Translations under genes and position numbers: made by a program | The notes under the pieces: model-generated | Database searches by the model: none | What the model saw: only the letters and a program-made list of their open reading frames with translations | Told to the model about the DNA's origin: nothing | From: Amphiscolops sp. MND2022 | Taxonomy: Eukaryota | NCBI GenBank assembly: GCA_964187785.1 | Contig: OZ076409.1 | Span: 69,504,001-69,568,000 of the forward strand | Direction of reading: 5' to 3' | Length of the DNA: 64,000 nucleotides | Part shown: in pieces, positions 11,613 to 23,800 of the stretch | Layout of the letters: each line of letters opens with the position of its first letter | Numbering within the stretch: the stretch's first letter is position 1

Positions 11613-13087
11613 TACTAGGATAACAGCATCTGGTAAACAAATTCTTTCTTAAAGTTATAGAAAAAATAGTTCTGTGAGCTAGATAAGCTGGTGTTAATAG
11701 TGCTTTGCTTCAAAATGTTCCGCTCTCTCTCTTGAAACATGAGCAACTTGATGAACACTTGACACATCTTGAGAAAAGTTTTGTCAGAGGAGTTAGTTCA
11801 TTTGTGAAAAGAAGCCGCATTTAGTATCAGTAACTTACTTCCAATGAGCACCGGATGATGACTTCATTATGATGTCATCATCGTCAGCAACAACTGACAA
11901 TATAGACCCTTTTCCTGTCTTGGTAAAGGTCGAAATTCACTCGCACTACCTGGGAAACAGCTTTAATGGGGGCCAATTCATCTAGAAGCACGAACCGGTA
12001 AAATTTTACGTTGCTAAAACAATACATAAAATGTAATGGATAATCAAGTTAGGAGAAAAAGACCTCCAAAGGTTCTCCAGTTACACATTTTGGCCCAAAA
12101 TTAAACCTCTGGGGATGATTTTTAGTCGGTGGCGCATTTTATAATGAAATTTGCCAAACTTTTTGATCCCGACCACAAAACTTACTCTACTTTTGCAGAT
12201 TCTTTGCCCTAAGTCTACACCGTACCAAAAGGGCTCCTTTGATCATTTCACATTTTTACTTGAACTACAAAGCTGCTTAACACCACAATACTCCCTTTTT
12301 GTTTTTTTTGGTGCTGTGCAATATTTGAAAACTATTTCTACGCAGTTTCAGGTATTTCAAAAGACTTTGCTGGCGCTTTTTCTACCTTAAGTGGGACGCA
12401 TTGAGATTTTTCCGTTTTGTTGGCTTATCAAGCGTGCTCAACCTTTTTAAGCTTGTAATAATTACTGTAGTTTTGTCATGAACGAAAAACATGTGAATGT
12501 ATTACTAAATCAAAGGTTACCACTGTTGTTATCAAATCCAATACTGATAACAAGAGAATCCACTTCAATTTCGTCTGAATCCTCCAATTTTCCAACCTTA
12601 GAAACTTTAGTATTCATTTGTTACTATTTCTGTGATAGCGGGAACATTATTGAAATCTGAATTATTTGTTTTTTTTTTCAGTTCAATTTTCGTCGTGATT
12701 ACGAGTGCCTACTGAAAAATTCCGATATTTTTTCCGGCAGCGAGTATAAGCGTCAGTTTTAAATTTCTCAAGCTGCCGACGACAATTTAATTCTCGTGCG
12801 ATGAAGCGAGCGAGTGTTCATAATTATGCTTAGTACGCCGAGTCATTGAGATGGAGTGAACGAGTGGCAATTATTCGTTCGCCGAGGGCCCCTAACACTT
12901 TGGTGGCTTTATACCCGAATTATTCTTTAAATGATTTCAATGTTTTCAAAAGTTTTGCTCATTCGTTTTGTTTGAGATGAAAAAGATTAAAACGTTCTGT
13001 TTTCAGTTTCGTATGTTTCAAATCACTTTATCTTTAAACACAAAACAGTTGTAGCAACAGTTGTATTAGACTCGTAATGTCCACGTT

Positions 13088-13587
13088 TTTAGTCGGCGCT
13101 TTTCTTAAGAAAAGAGCCCGACTATTACAGTCACTCGTTTTTTTTCTTTTTTTTTATTATTTAAGACAGACTCGAAGCGACGAACGTTAAAATTAACGTT
13201 CACCTACTAAAAGTACTAAACTACTGGACCGCTAAAGGCAAACACGGAGAGCGCATTCATTTACTTTTTCAACGCTACATACAAGCCCGGACGGGACTAA
13301 AGTTTCGTACACCCACCCCCTTTCGATTTTTTTTCGGCGCTGTGAGATTTTTTTTTCGAATTTTTTTTAATGTCCCCAAAGGGTCCCCCCTTTGAGTTTT
13401 TTGTTATTTTGCTACAGAATGCGTGTTTATAAATCAAAAAGGGTCCCCCTTTTACATTTTTCGGCACTGTGCGACATTTTCCGAAAGAAACTTTTTTTCC
13501 GAAAATTTCAAGTTTTTTTCCAAAAAAAATGTTTTGCGCTTTTTGAGCCTTAGATATAGCGCCGACTTGAGGCGTTCTCGTCTTGTT
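13088..13587 (+). mobile_element. Helentron-type non-autonomous element (HINE/DINE-1-like); a second 3' end at ~13700-13965
   Basis: 5' subterminal AGTCGGCGCT that folds with a nearby GCCCGACT, 3' inverse AGCGCCGACT, 3' stem-loop AG(A/G)CG-TTCT-CGTCT, ends CTTGTT in a T context, no TSD. Same ends at 53217 and 56853. Confidence 0.65.
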
Positions 13588-16016
13588 GTTCGTTCGTTCA
13601 ACGTGAACTACGGATGACCAAAACATACTCGAAACGTTAAAACCTCGTCCAACACAAAACCGACGTCCAGAACCTCGAAAACATGATAAGGATCCCCTTT
13701 GGCTCTCTTGGTGGTTCAAAATTCTCATTCTTTTTTTCGAAAACTTTCTCTACTAGGGTCCTACTTCATTTTTTTGATATTTTGCAACAGGAAGGATCTT
13801 AAAAAATCCCAAATTTTCCGCCTTTTTAGCGTGCCAGGGCTTTTCGAAAATATTGTGAAATTATTTTCTGAGTTTTTCATAAAAAAACGTCCTGAGTATA
13901 TTTTTTAAAGTTTGCTCCTTTTGAGCCCTAGGTATAGCGCCGACTTGAGACGTTCTCGTCTTGTTAAATTGTTTCAAAAAAAATTTCGAAAGAATTAGAT
14001 TGTTTTTCATTGTTTTCCCTAATTGACTTCTAGAACTTTTTACATGCTACAGGCCTGCTTGCAGTGTAATTTTCATAAAACCTAAAAAACTCAGTAGGGC
14101 TCCGGTGTTGAACCTTCCGGATTTATTCTGCATTTACTACTACTGGAAAATATTGTGGAAAAATTCCACTCGATTACCGAAACGACCACGTTGTATTTAC
14201 ACATTGTTTTCTCAACTACTCATCTAATGTCGTCACTGCTTCTCAATTACCACAGTAAACATGACGCTTACTTGCCGTTTATTACATGACTGACTTCATT
14301 TTGCATTTAAATGGTGGCAAAACTGATAGCAATTTAGTTGCAGTTAAAATTTGAACTTGTTCCTTATGAAACCTGCAAAATTTCAAAGTGTAAAATTCTG
14401 CCAAAGAACTGATGAATCTCTCAAGCAGCTTGATAAGAATGGACTACAACCGGGAAATGTTTTCGCATGAAAGTTTCCGTAAGACTTTTAGATAGTCATA
14501 ATAAAAATTGCTGGCAACTTTAAAGTGCATGCAAAAAGATCAAGCTCTTTCAACAAGGGTTCTTTTCTTGGCCCAAATGTTCCATTAGAAAACCTTGTAC
14601 ACCTAATATCTTACCAGATATGTCAACTAACTACCCTTTAGCCAAACACAGATCTCTATTTTTTTTATCACGCAGGAAAAAAAATTGTTGAAACCCGATG
14701 TTTGTCGAGAATTTTATAGTATTATAGCTTTAAGGTTCCGATAAAAATTTTCGAGACACCTTCTGATTGATTACCACAGGTCACATGAGTTTAATAGAAA
14801 CACTTTTGGCGGTCGAAGAACTTCTCATCAGTCAAATAAAGTTTTTGGTAAGTTTTTGCGAAAATCCCCCAGCCTTACCAAATGCATTTTTCGCGAGCCT
14901 TGCGTTCCAAGAAATAGCGTCTTCAGTTTCAAGTCTCTTGGGTGGGGGAGAGGGAACGGGTATAAAATATCGAATGGTTCTGAACCCTCTTCACCCAAGT
15001 GAGAGAAAAATTATCTCCATCCAATTCCCTTACCTAATAACGAATTTTTTCGGCGATTTTTGCGTTATATCAGAAATTTCGATAAAACTAGTTCAGTTAG
15101 ACAAAATTAAAACATGGTTCTTAGAGATTTTCAAGTTTCGCATCCTAACCACTACGCTAACTGTGTAATTTATCGAACTTGAGTTGAAATTTAAAGTTCT
15201 GGCAGAAAAGATTGGAAGAGAAGAAAATAAGATAAAGGCTAAAACTAAGCTTTTCATTTTCTTCAATTTTTTAAATCAATGAAAACCACCAAAGGCCCCC
15301 GTATTCATATATAAGCTCCGATGAAAAAACTGGAAAAGTGGAAAAAAGGACTGGTAATCTCCAAATCATAAAGCAGTTTTATAGAACTCTTGTGAATGTC
15401 GAAATGAGACGAAGCTGTAAATATTTGATAACTGTAGATGCAACCTTCTCTAGGATTCGTTAGTGCCAGTTATTCAAAGAAGGATGAATGTTTTTGAGTT
15501 CCGGCTCAACTGTTTCCCGGTTTGTTCTTTAATTATTAGAGTGAGAGCCAGAAGTAGAAATTACAAGTGCAATTAACACCTAGGAAATTCTGTTCAGTCA
15601 TTGGAACAAACATGTCCGTGTACATCAAACACAACAAGAACGTGCCATTTTGGCGCCCCTGTTAAGGCACAAAAAGGACAAAGTCCCATAATTATGCTCA
15701 GGGTTGCTTCAGACGAAAAAATTTTGGCTCTGTAAGAGTCGGGCATTTTTTGTTACAAAGTGTTACTAGTGTAGTCGGGTCACATTGTGATTACGAAAAG
15801 AAGAATCCAGTTGGTTTTGGAACAGTTGTTGCAACAAATTGAAACTCATCGCAACATGAGTCACATGTGTTTATTATTTTCCTCCCATATATAATGTGGG
15901 AAGAAAATCATGATCTGTGTTGCGTTTTGTTCTAACTTCTGCCAAATCTCCACGATCTCCATCCACTGCTTAACTATTTTTTATAGTTACTTGACTGTTT
16001 TAGTTAGTAAATTCTA

Positions 16017-16136
16017 GTCACCATGGCGCAGTTGGTGGTGCGTTCGCCTGGCAGACACGAGTTCGTGGGTTCGAACCGGGGCTGATGCGTTACATTTTTA
16101 GCGGAAATTATCCCAGTGCTTAGCGGGCGTCTTGTT
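16017..16136 (+). mobile_element. tRNA-derived SINE-like repeat
   Basis: Pol III box A TGGCGCAGTTGG (16024) and box B GGTTCGAACC (16068), no proper cloverleaf. The 3' tail GCGGAAA.TA.CCCAGTGCTTAGCGGGCGTCTTGTT recurs at 49978-50040 (-). Confidence 0.7.
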
Positions 16137-17619
16137 AGATAATCTTTCAAATGCAAGATCGTTTGAATTTTCAATGCACCTTAATTTGCAATGACCGTCG
16201 TTTCTCTTTTCAGTATTCTACTTTACTCAAAATGACTTGCTTTTCGCAAGTATTTGCTTAAGAATGATTTTAATTTTCCGCCAACAAACGGAATGGGAAA
16301 ATAATTAACTGAGCCGTGTTTTTTAAAAAATTGCCAAGTTACCGAATCCGAATTGAAGTTCACATAGAAATCAACTGACAAAAATTTAGTTTCGCCCGAT
16401 ATGTAGTTGTTTAGTTTTTGGCTCAACTCGAAGCCGTTTTTCAAATCAACAAAAATTCAAAATCCAAAAAAAAACAAGTTTTCCGTTATTCAAGCTTTTT
16501 ATCCGTTTTTGTTCAATTCCACAGTTTTCAATTGTTTTCGTGGTTTAAAAACTCCAAAAGGATCCAAAACGAAAGGACCAACTACCCAAGATCCACTTCA
16601 GACGATAAGTTGAATAAATTTGGCTGAAACAATTTCTCGAAATGATCTCAAAATACGAAAAAGTCAACAAGAATTACAAACTTTTAACATGTTTTGTATT
16701 TGTTTTATTATCGAATGTCCAATGTTTTTCTATCTCCCAAAAAGTCAAGACAGAAACCCAGCTATTCATGATTTTTGTCCGAGGAGAAATTTGAAAGTAT
16801 ATGTGAAAGATTCCGTTTTTTTCAATTTTTTTTTGCAAACTTGGCAATTTTTTTTCAATTTTCTTGTTGGGTATAAAATCCAAAAAGTTCCAGGTGAAAA
16901 CAACCGGCTATCCAGGACGGTTTTTCAAGAGAAATCCGGATTGTTATGTTGAAGAAGTGGCTCAAATTAACCACAACAAACATGGTTTTTTTTAAATTCA
17001 TTCCCAGCCATTTTAGTACACATTTTTGTACACATTCTGTAAAGGTTCGTTTGGGTTTAGGAGAATTAGCTTTCGGTGATTCTTACTCAGTTGTGTTTAG
17101 GAGTTAGCTTGCGACTATGCCTTCCTAAACCTTTCCAAATGTTGTCTCTAGGTCTTCCGAGTTCGCAGGAAGGACTTTGTTTCGAGAGAAGAATTTAATT
17201 TTATGAAAAGAAATTGAATTAGTTTGAGTATTATATTCAACAATGTTCGTCTTTACACAATACGCAAGAATACAATACAAACTGAATAATATGATCATCC
17301 AAATCGATACAAATATCCAATCAATAATGTCAGAAATGTTTAACAATTACCAAATAAATACATCAATGGATTGAGGAAGCAATATTCAGGTAGGTTGTTT
17401 ATTTACTATAATACTATAAAAACTAGAATTTTGGAGTCTTCATGCGTCCAACAATTTGTTAGGACGAAGAGTTTCGAATTTTTGGTCTGTTCAGACCTTG
17501 TAATGTCTTGTTTCTCAACACAAGTGTGAGATTTGTTAAGTCTTTTGAAAACGTTGTGACAGACTTGTCAGAAGTTCTAGCTTATAAGAAGCTGAGGAGT
17601 TTAAATATTAGATTTTAGC

Positions 17620-18145
17620 TTATATGACAAGCAATAGCTAAGTCGAAGACACGTTTGTCTAACGTCAAGGCTTCGAAGAAGTCTTGCAAGTCTAAGTGAA
17701 CTAAAGGTCTTATTAACCGGCGTTTAGCTACGTTTTGTGTTTGGACAGGCTTGCCAAGGGCTCGAAGAAAAGGTTCGGTGCAGTGCTTTAAGGCTTTAAC
17801 TTATGTGAATAGCAGTGGCTAAGTCGAAAGGAGACAAGATTGTCTAACGTCAAGACTTTGAAGAAGTCTTGCGAGTCTAAGTAAAGGTCTTATTAACCAG
17901 CGTTTAGCTAGGTTTTGTGTTCGGACAGGCTCGCCAAAGGCTCGAACATAAGGTTCGGTGCAGTGCTTTAAGAGTTTAACTTACGGGACTAGCAGTAGCT
18001 AAGACGAAGGGAGACAAGATTGTCTAACGTCAAGACTTTGAAGAAGTCTTGAGAGTCTAAGTAAAGTAAAGTCTTATTCAACCAGCGGCTAGCTAGGTTG
18101 CGTTTTGGGCAGGATTGTCAGAAGGCTCGAACATAAGGTTCGCCT
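17620..18145. repeat. Tandem repeat, ~180-185-bp unit, about 3 copies
   Basis: GTCTAACGTCAAG..GAAGAAGTCTTG recurs at 17657, 17842 and 18022. Confidence 0.9.
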
Positions 18146-19338
18146 CAACAATTTAAGTGATTACATGCATTTCTGTTTTTAATTTTAATTTTAAATTAGT
18201 TGTAAGGTAACTTCGACTAGCCTTTGCTAAGTCTTGACGCGATAGCGTGTTTTAGTGATAAGATAAGTCTCAATCGAGAAGCTGGATTTTTGGAGCGTTT
18301 AGCTCAAGATAGAATTCCTATGATTGCATAGGAGAACCTTGTTGGTTAACTTTCTGTTCAGTGGATTGACTGCGAATTTGTTGTCACGAAGACAAGAATA
18401 AAGAAAAAAAGAAAGAAATTTCGACTTGTAAATTTTGTTATTTTCTTAGGTAAAGAAAATAACTTACCTGAAATGTGAAAGGAGTGAACTTTGAAGATTT
18501 GTTGATTTTTGAGTGGAAGAGAGTTACGGATTTGATTTTTGTTTAGGAGGGGGAAAACAGTGAGAAGCGTATGATCGTTATAGAAAAGTTAGCCCTTTTA
18601 TATAAATCAGAAAGCACGTGCAATCAATCACATTGATGGGTGCATTTCATTGGGCCCGAACATATAACGTCACATTCTCGGTCCTTACTTGAGAATAATT
18701 TCGGGACCAGGCACGGCCGTGTACAAGTCGGCAAAGATTGCATCAGCTAGTCATTTAACTCGGCTAGCCGAGTTGGCTGACGCAACTTTTGTTTATATCA
18801 GGGGAATTAGTCCTCTCAAGTGGGGACTTTTGGTCTCGCTTGAATAATCTTTTGTTCTCAAATTTAGAAGCTCCGATGAAATAATTTTAAATAGATGTTT
18901 TAACAAAAATAAACTGAGGAAAAAGACGTGTTAAACACAACAATTCACATCTTCGTATTTCAGAGCTCCATTGTCCAAAAAGCTGAGCAATTGTATTTCA
19001 CTAGAGAAATAAACAATTTAAACACGCAGAACAGAAATAAGTGTGACATGATGGTGTTAACATGATGGCTAATGGTTCTAGAAAAACTTACTGACATGAC
19101 CCAGCGTTTGGATAGTTTAGGCTTTTTTGATGAAAACCACTTCTCATTCCGGCAGAAGGCAAACAAAATTCTCGATTTTTCATGGAAAAATAAAGAATGC
19201 AAAAGAGCACTGTATGAAGGAAGGTATTGACTCTTACTTGGACGGCCGCTGACAGTATGTCAGCATTGGTATCGAGGAAACTTTTCAGGAACCCACTAAG
19301 AACAACTCTGCCTAATATCTTTACTCCGACCGTTTCTT

Positions 19339-20087
19339 CCCTAGTTAAAAAAACGCTTATCTTGCAAGATTCTTACATTTTTATCTTTAAAGAAAATGCA
19401 TTTTTCTTGAAGAAATCTTGCAAGAATTTTTCAAGATATACATTTTTTCAATGATAATCTTGCAAGATATACATTTTCTCAAAGAATTTTGAAAGAATAG
19501 ATTTTTCAAATAAAAAGTTTTCATGGAATTAAGGGATCCGATTTATGAAGACACTCTCCACGATAGATACAGCCAGAGTCTCACTTCTTAAATTGTGAAG
19601 GACCCAAAAATGCAAACTCTAGAAAAAATAAAACTCTAGAAGTGTGATTTTAGTAAATCGCCCTAAAAGCCTAATTTTTCCAATAAAAAACCGACATTTG
19701 AAACTCAGTTTTGATGTAGTGGTGGAGCTGTTGACTACGTTATCATAACTCATTTGTTGTCTTGCAAGATTTGCATTGTCTTGCAAGATTCTTGCAAGAC
19801 TGGCATCGAGTTGCAAGAAGCTTGCAAGAATACCATGTTTTGGCTATCCGAAAATGATGACAAGAAAAAATGATGAAATGGCCACGCCCAAACTTCGAAT
19901 TTTTCAAATTTAGATTTTTTTCATAAATCTTGCAAAAAATGTTTTTCTTTCAAGAATCTTGTAAAATTTGTATACAACTGAAAAATCTTGCAAGATTTGA
20001 ATTTAGGTCCCCAATCTTGCAAGATAGCCATCAAATGCAAGAAATTGGCAAGAATCTTTAAAGATTTGCATTTAACTTCCCCCAGGG
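19339..20087. mobile_element. CCC...GGG non-autonomous element with TCTTGCAAGA arrays (EnSpm/CACTA-like)
   Basis: TT|CCCTAG ... CCAGGG|TT and many palindromic TCTTGCAAGA units. Confidence 0.6.
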
Positions 20088-20107
20088 TTTTCTACATTCG
20101 AATGTAG

Positions 20108-20201
20108 AAAAATGAAAGTGTCTTTTGGTCAAAATAGGTGATATAGTGAATGAGCTCATTCACTATATCACCTATTTTGACCAAAAGGCACTTTCATTTT
20201 T
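20108..20201. repeat. 94-bp spacerless palindrome centred on GAGCTC
   Basis: aaaaatgaaagtgtcttttggtcaaaataggtgatatagtgaatgag|ctcattcactatatcacctattttgaccaaaaggcactttcattttt, 1 mismatch. Confidence 0.95.
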
Positions 20202-20844
20202 TGAGCTGTCAAATTGATCCTCCTCCAAGTAAGCTTCAGTAGCTTTTTTAAAAAGCCTTCTCCAGATAAGAATAATTTCAATCTGATCTGATTGAAAGTT
20301 CTTCTTTGAATTTCTGGCAAACATCGGTTTTCAAAAGGCGTGATATCTTCTGGTTTATTTTCCAAGTCTTTTGAATGTTGAATCAATCACTGTTTCAGTC
20401 GACGGCCAAAATGTTGGTTATTCAAATAACTAAGAAAACAAATTTTCTGTACATTGAAGCTTGATCCAGCATGTTTCTATGCTCGAACCCTTTGAGCATC
20501 ACGTAAGTTTTCGATATGCATAAAATAAATGACGCAGTTCAATTGCCTGACGTGTTTTCACCTCATGCTTCACATTGAACTTACTATTTCATCCATAGAG
20601 AAAGTCTTTTGTTAATATTGCATGTAAAAAGTTTTTTTCACACAGCATTGGTTCTAGAGTACAATTTCAGAGTAAATTTTGTTAGTAAAGTTCAATAGAA
20701 AATTCGAAAATCATACAAAAAAAAATTTCAATGAAAGGAGATGATTGGGTCTTAAAAGGAACTCGATTTGAATTAAGATAATCAAAGTAATATTTGTTCA
20801 CAACAAATTATGATGGAATTTGAATGTTTGAAGGAAAGGAGAGT

Positions 20845-23800
20845 TTAAATTTTCCATCTATCTTCAATATCCTTGGCTTCGTAGGGGGTGTTTATTTCGC
20901 AGTGAACAAGTCTCTCCATGACAGATCCTATCAGTAGCTGAGAGGCCCAGTGAGCAGCCGCTGATGAACACATGATAGTGTCGCCATTGTCTGCGAACAC
21001 TGATACGAGAGAAACCTTTTCTTTTTTGTCAGCGTCATATTTCAGCCTCAGCACTTGAGAAGGAGATTTAAGAGGAGATGATTTATCCAAAATTGAAACC
21101 CGGTAAGTTATTGGATGTGTTCCTGAAACATTGTTGGATGATAAACTACAGAAACACGATACTTTTGAAACTTTCGTTCATTAAAAATTTTTTAAAACAG
21201 TCTAACCAAGCCAGAAATGTCCGTCGTAGTCAATTTGGATGTTGTCAACATGGGATCCAATGTCTATTTGATCATACATACGCAAAGTGGAATCTGCCTG
21301 GACTTTGAATACCGCTATTTTTTCTTCCAGGTAGAAAGAAGTATACAAATATTTCCCTCCGTCTCTACTCAAGGCTACTCCATTCGGACCCAACACTCCC
21401 GTTACCAAAACCTGGAATCAGAATATTACAGCGTATCAAAATGTATTTGCGTATGAGCCAATATACGTAGAACGTGCCAAGAATATGGCAGAATTTTGAT
21501 GAGCGCTCATTATGATATGTATAGTGAAGAAGAAGGTACACTCAATTTTTTGTTGCTTTCAAATTGTCACACGGTGAACTTTGCAGTATCAACATGGCCG
21601 TTTCGGTCACGGTGAACTTTGCAGTATCAACATGGCCGACCGAAGTGAACTTTGCTGCATCAACATGGCCGTCATTCAAGTGGCTGATGCAATCGCCAAT
21701 GCAAAACTCGCAGTTGAAGAAATAATTAGTATAATGCATTCATGAAACTCCCTCAAACTTTGAAACTGCCTCAAATTTCACACAATCCTCTACTCTTTAA
21801 TAATCGACGCTTTGTTTTGATCCTAAACTGCTTGAGCTAACATTGTCTCATCCTATAAAGATACTTCTTGTTTTGAGTTCCTTAATATCATTATACATAA
21901 ATGTAAACTATCGTCTTTATGTCTGGAAATTGCAATGATCTCATCATCATTTTCAATTTAAACTTGCAACACGGCCTAGTTTTTCAGAGCAGAAAGCTAT
22001 GCTTCTCTGGAGCTCTTGGCTACTGCTTCCCTTCCCTAGTCGGACTCGCAATTCAAGAAAATACAGAACTTTCACTGATCTTTGATCAAAAGTGAACCTT
22101 CTGAAAGCAAATCAAGCATCGGGAATTGCTCGATTAAGACTCCTTCCCCACTCTCCCCCTTCACTTGCGATTCTAAGATAAGAGAACCTTCATTGGAAAC
22201 ATTGAGAAAACACCGTTCACTCACAGCGGGAACCCATGACTTAGTGGAAGTACTGAGTGGTTCTATTGTTTGGTTCTCTTCGAACGGCTGAGTTGATCTC
22301 ACATCAACATCGAGCGTAGCTAAGGCCTAAGTTCTAAGACCAAGTTCTTAAGCTTATCTTAGCTAGTGTGAAATCTTTGCGAGTGAAACTTCAACAAAAG
22401 GGCGGTCTCGACTCAACGAAGAATCGCGAAGCTTTCTCTTGTTTTCACGCGATTTTTTGTCTAAGATAAGACATTGCTTTACTTCTCTAACCGCAGCTCT
22501 CTTTAGGTCTTGTTTTTCTCAACACACTCGTTTCGCGAAACTCTTTGACTGCTCTTTTTTAAATATCGTTTCAACGCATGTTTTTTTCTATCTTTTTTTG
22601 CGCTCATGTTTCGCTGGTCCGCCGTCAATTTCGCTCTCTCTTTTAGTTTCTTTGCTACGAAACATCTGGTCCGCCGACACGGATTTGGAAAATGACTAAA
22701 CCTTTAAAACTTGAAACGCTTCTCAAGAAACGCTCGGTAGCCGAAATAAAAATCGAACGCGTTTGCGCTAAGATCTCAAAGTCGATAAAAGACGTAAACT
22801 TTGATCAGGCTGACGCAACGTCCTTACAAGAACGTCTTGCGCTCGCATTCGTCGAATTCGCAAACATTCAAGATGAAGTGATGACACTAGATGATGTGGA
22901 CATGGAGGAAGAATCGACTCACTACGGAAGGTTTGAAGACATGTGCGATGCCGGCAAAAAGAAAATATAAAACGCCACAGCTAAACTCGAGAAAAAAGTG
23001 GCCACTTCGGAGCCTAGTTCTTCTTTCGCGGCCTCTAGCGCTTCCGAGAAATCCGTCAAACTACCGAAACTCGATTTGCCTAGTTTTTCCGGACGCTACA
23101 CTGAATGGATGTCGTTTATTGATCTTTTTACGGCCTCAGTCGATTCAAACAGAACATTGTCCGATGCTCAAAAACTACAGTACCTAAAAACATCTGTGAA
23201 GGAAGAACCTCATCGTTTGATAAGTTCGTTGACGATCACAAATACAAATTATAGTGTCGCGTTGAACATTTTGCGAAAGCGTTACGAGAACAAAAAGGTC
23301 ATCGTTCGCGAACATATCCACTCGATTGTAGGTTTTAACGCAATCAAAAGTGAGAACGCTACGTTATTGAGGAAGTTGATCGAAACAACGGACAAGAATG
23401 TTTCTTGTCTTCAGAATCTTGGCGTCGACGCTGATTCTTGGGATCCTATCCTAATTTACTTAGTCACGGAACGCCTTGACGCAGTAACTAGAAAAGATTG
23501 GGAGCAACACGCTTCCCAGAACTCAGGCACGGATCTTCCATCCTATAGCGACTTGAAAACGTTTGTCGGAAATAGAGCAACGGCTCTTGAGGCTGCTTAT
23601 TTGAAAGTTCAGACGCCCAAAATGCAAAAATCGCTCGTTGCTCATGTAGCAGCCCATGACAAATGCCCGTTCTGTAAGGATACCCACAAAATCTACGCTT
23701 GTCAAAAATTCATTGCTTCACCAATCCCCAAAAGAAAGGAGTTCGTCAAAACAAACAATCTTTGTTTCAATTGTCTTTTGCACGTTCATCAAAGTCAAAA

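Noticed and set aside
13297..13728. 143-aa Lys/Gly-rich ORF (and 56446-56685)
   Set aside because: Reverse reading of the T-rich HINE-like repeat.
16017..16090. Functional tRNA gene
   Set aside because: A and B boxes are present but the acceptor and anticodon stems do not pair, and a second copy shares a non-tRNA tail; treated as SINE-like.
22072..22302. Short ORFs inside the BEL/Pao LTRs (also 21542-21739, 27742-27930, 28263-28493)
   Set aside because: They recur only because the LTR is duplicated; no recognisable motifs.
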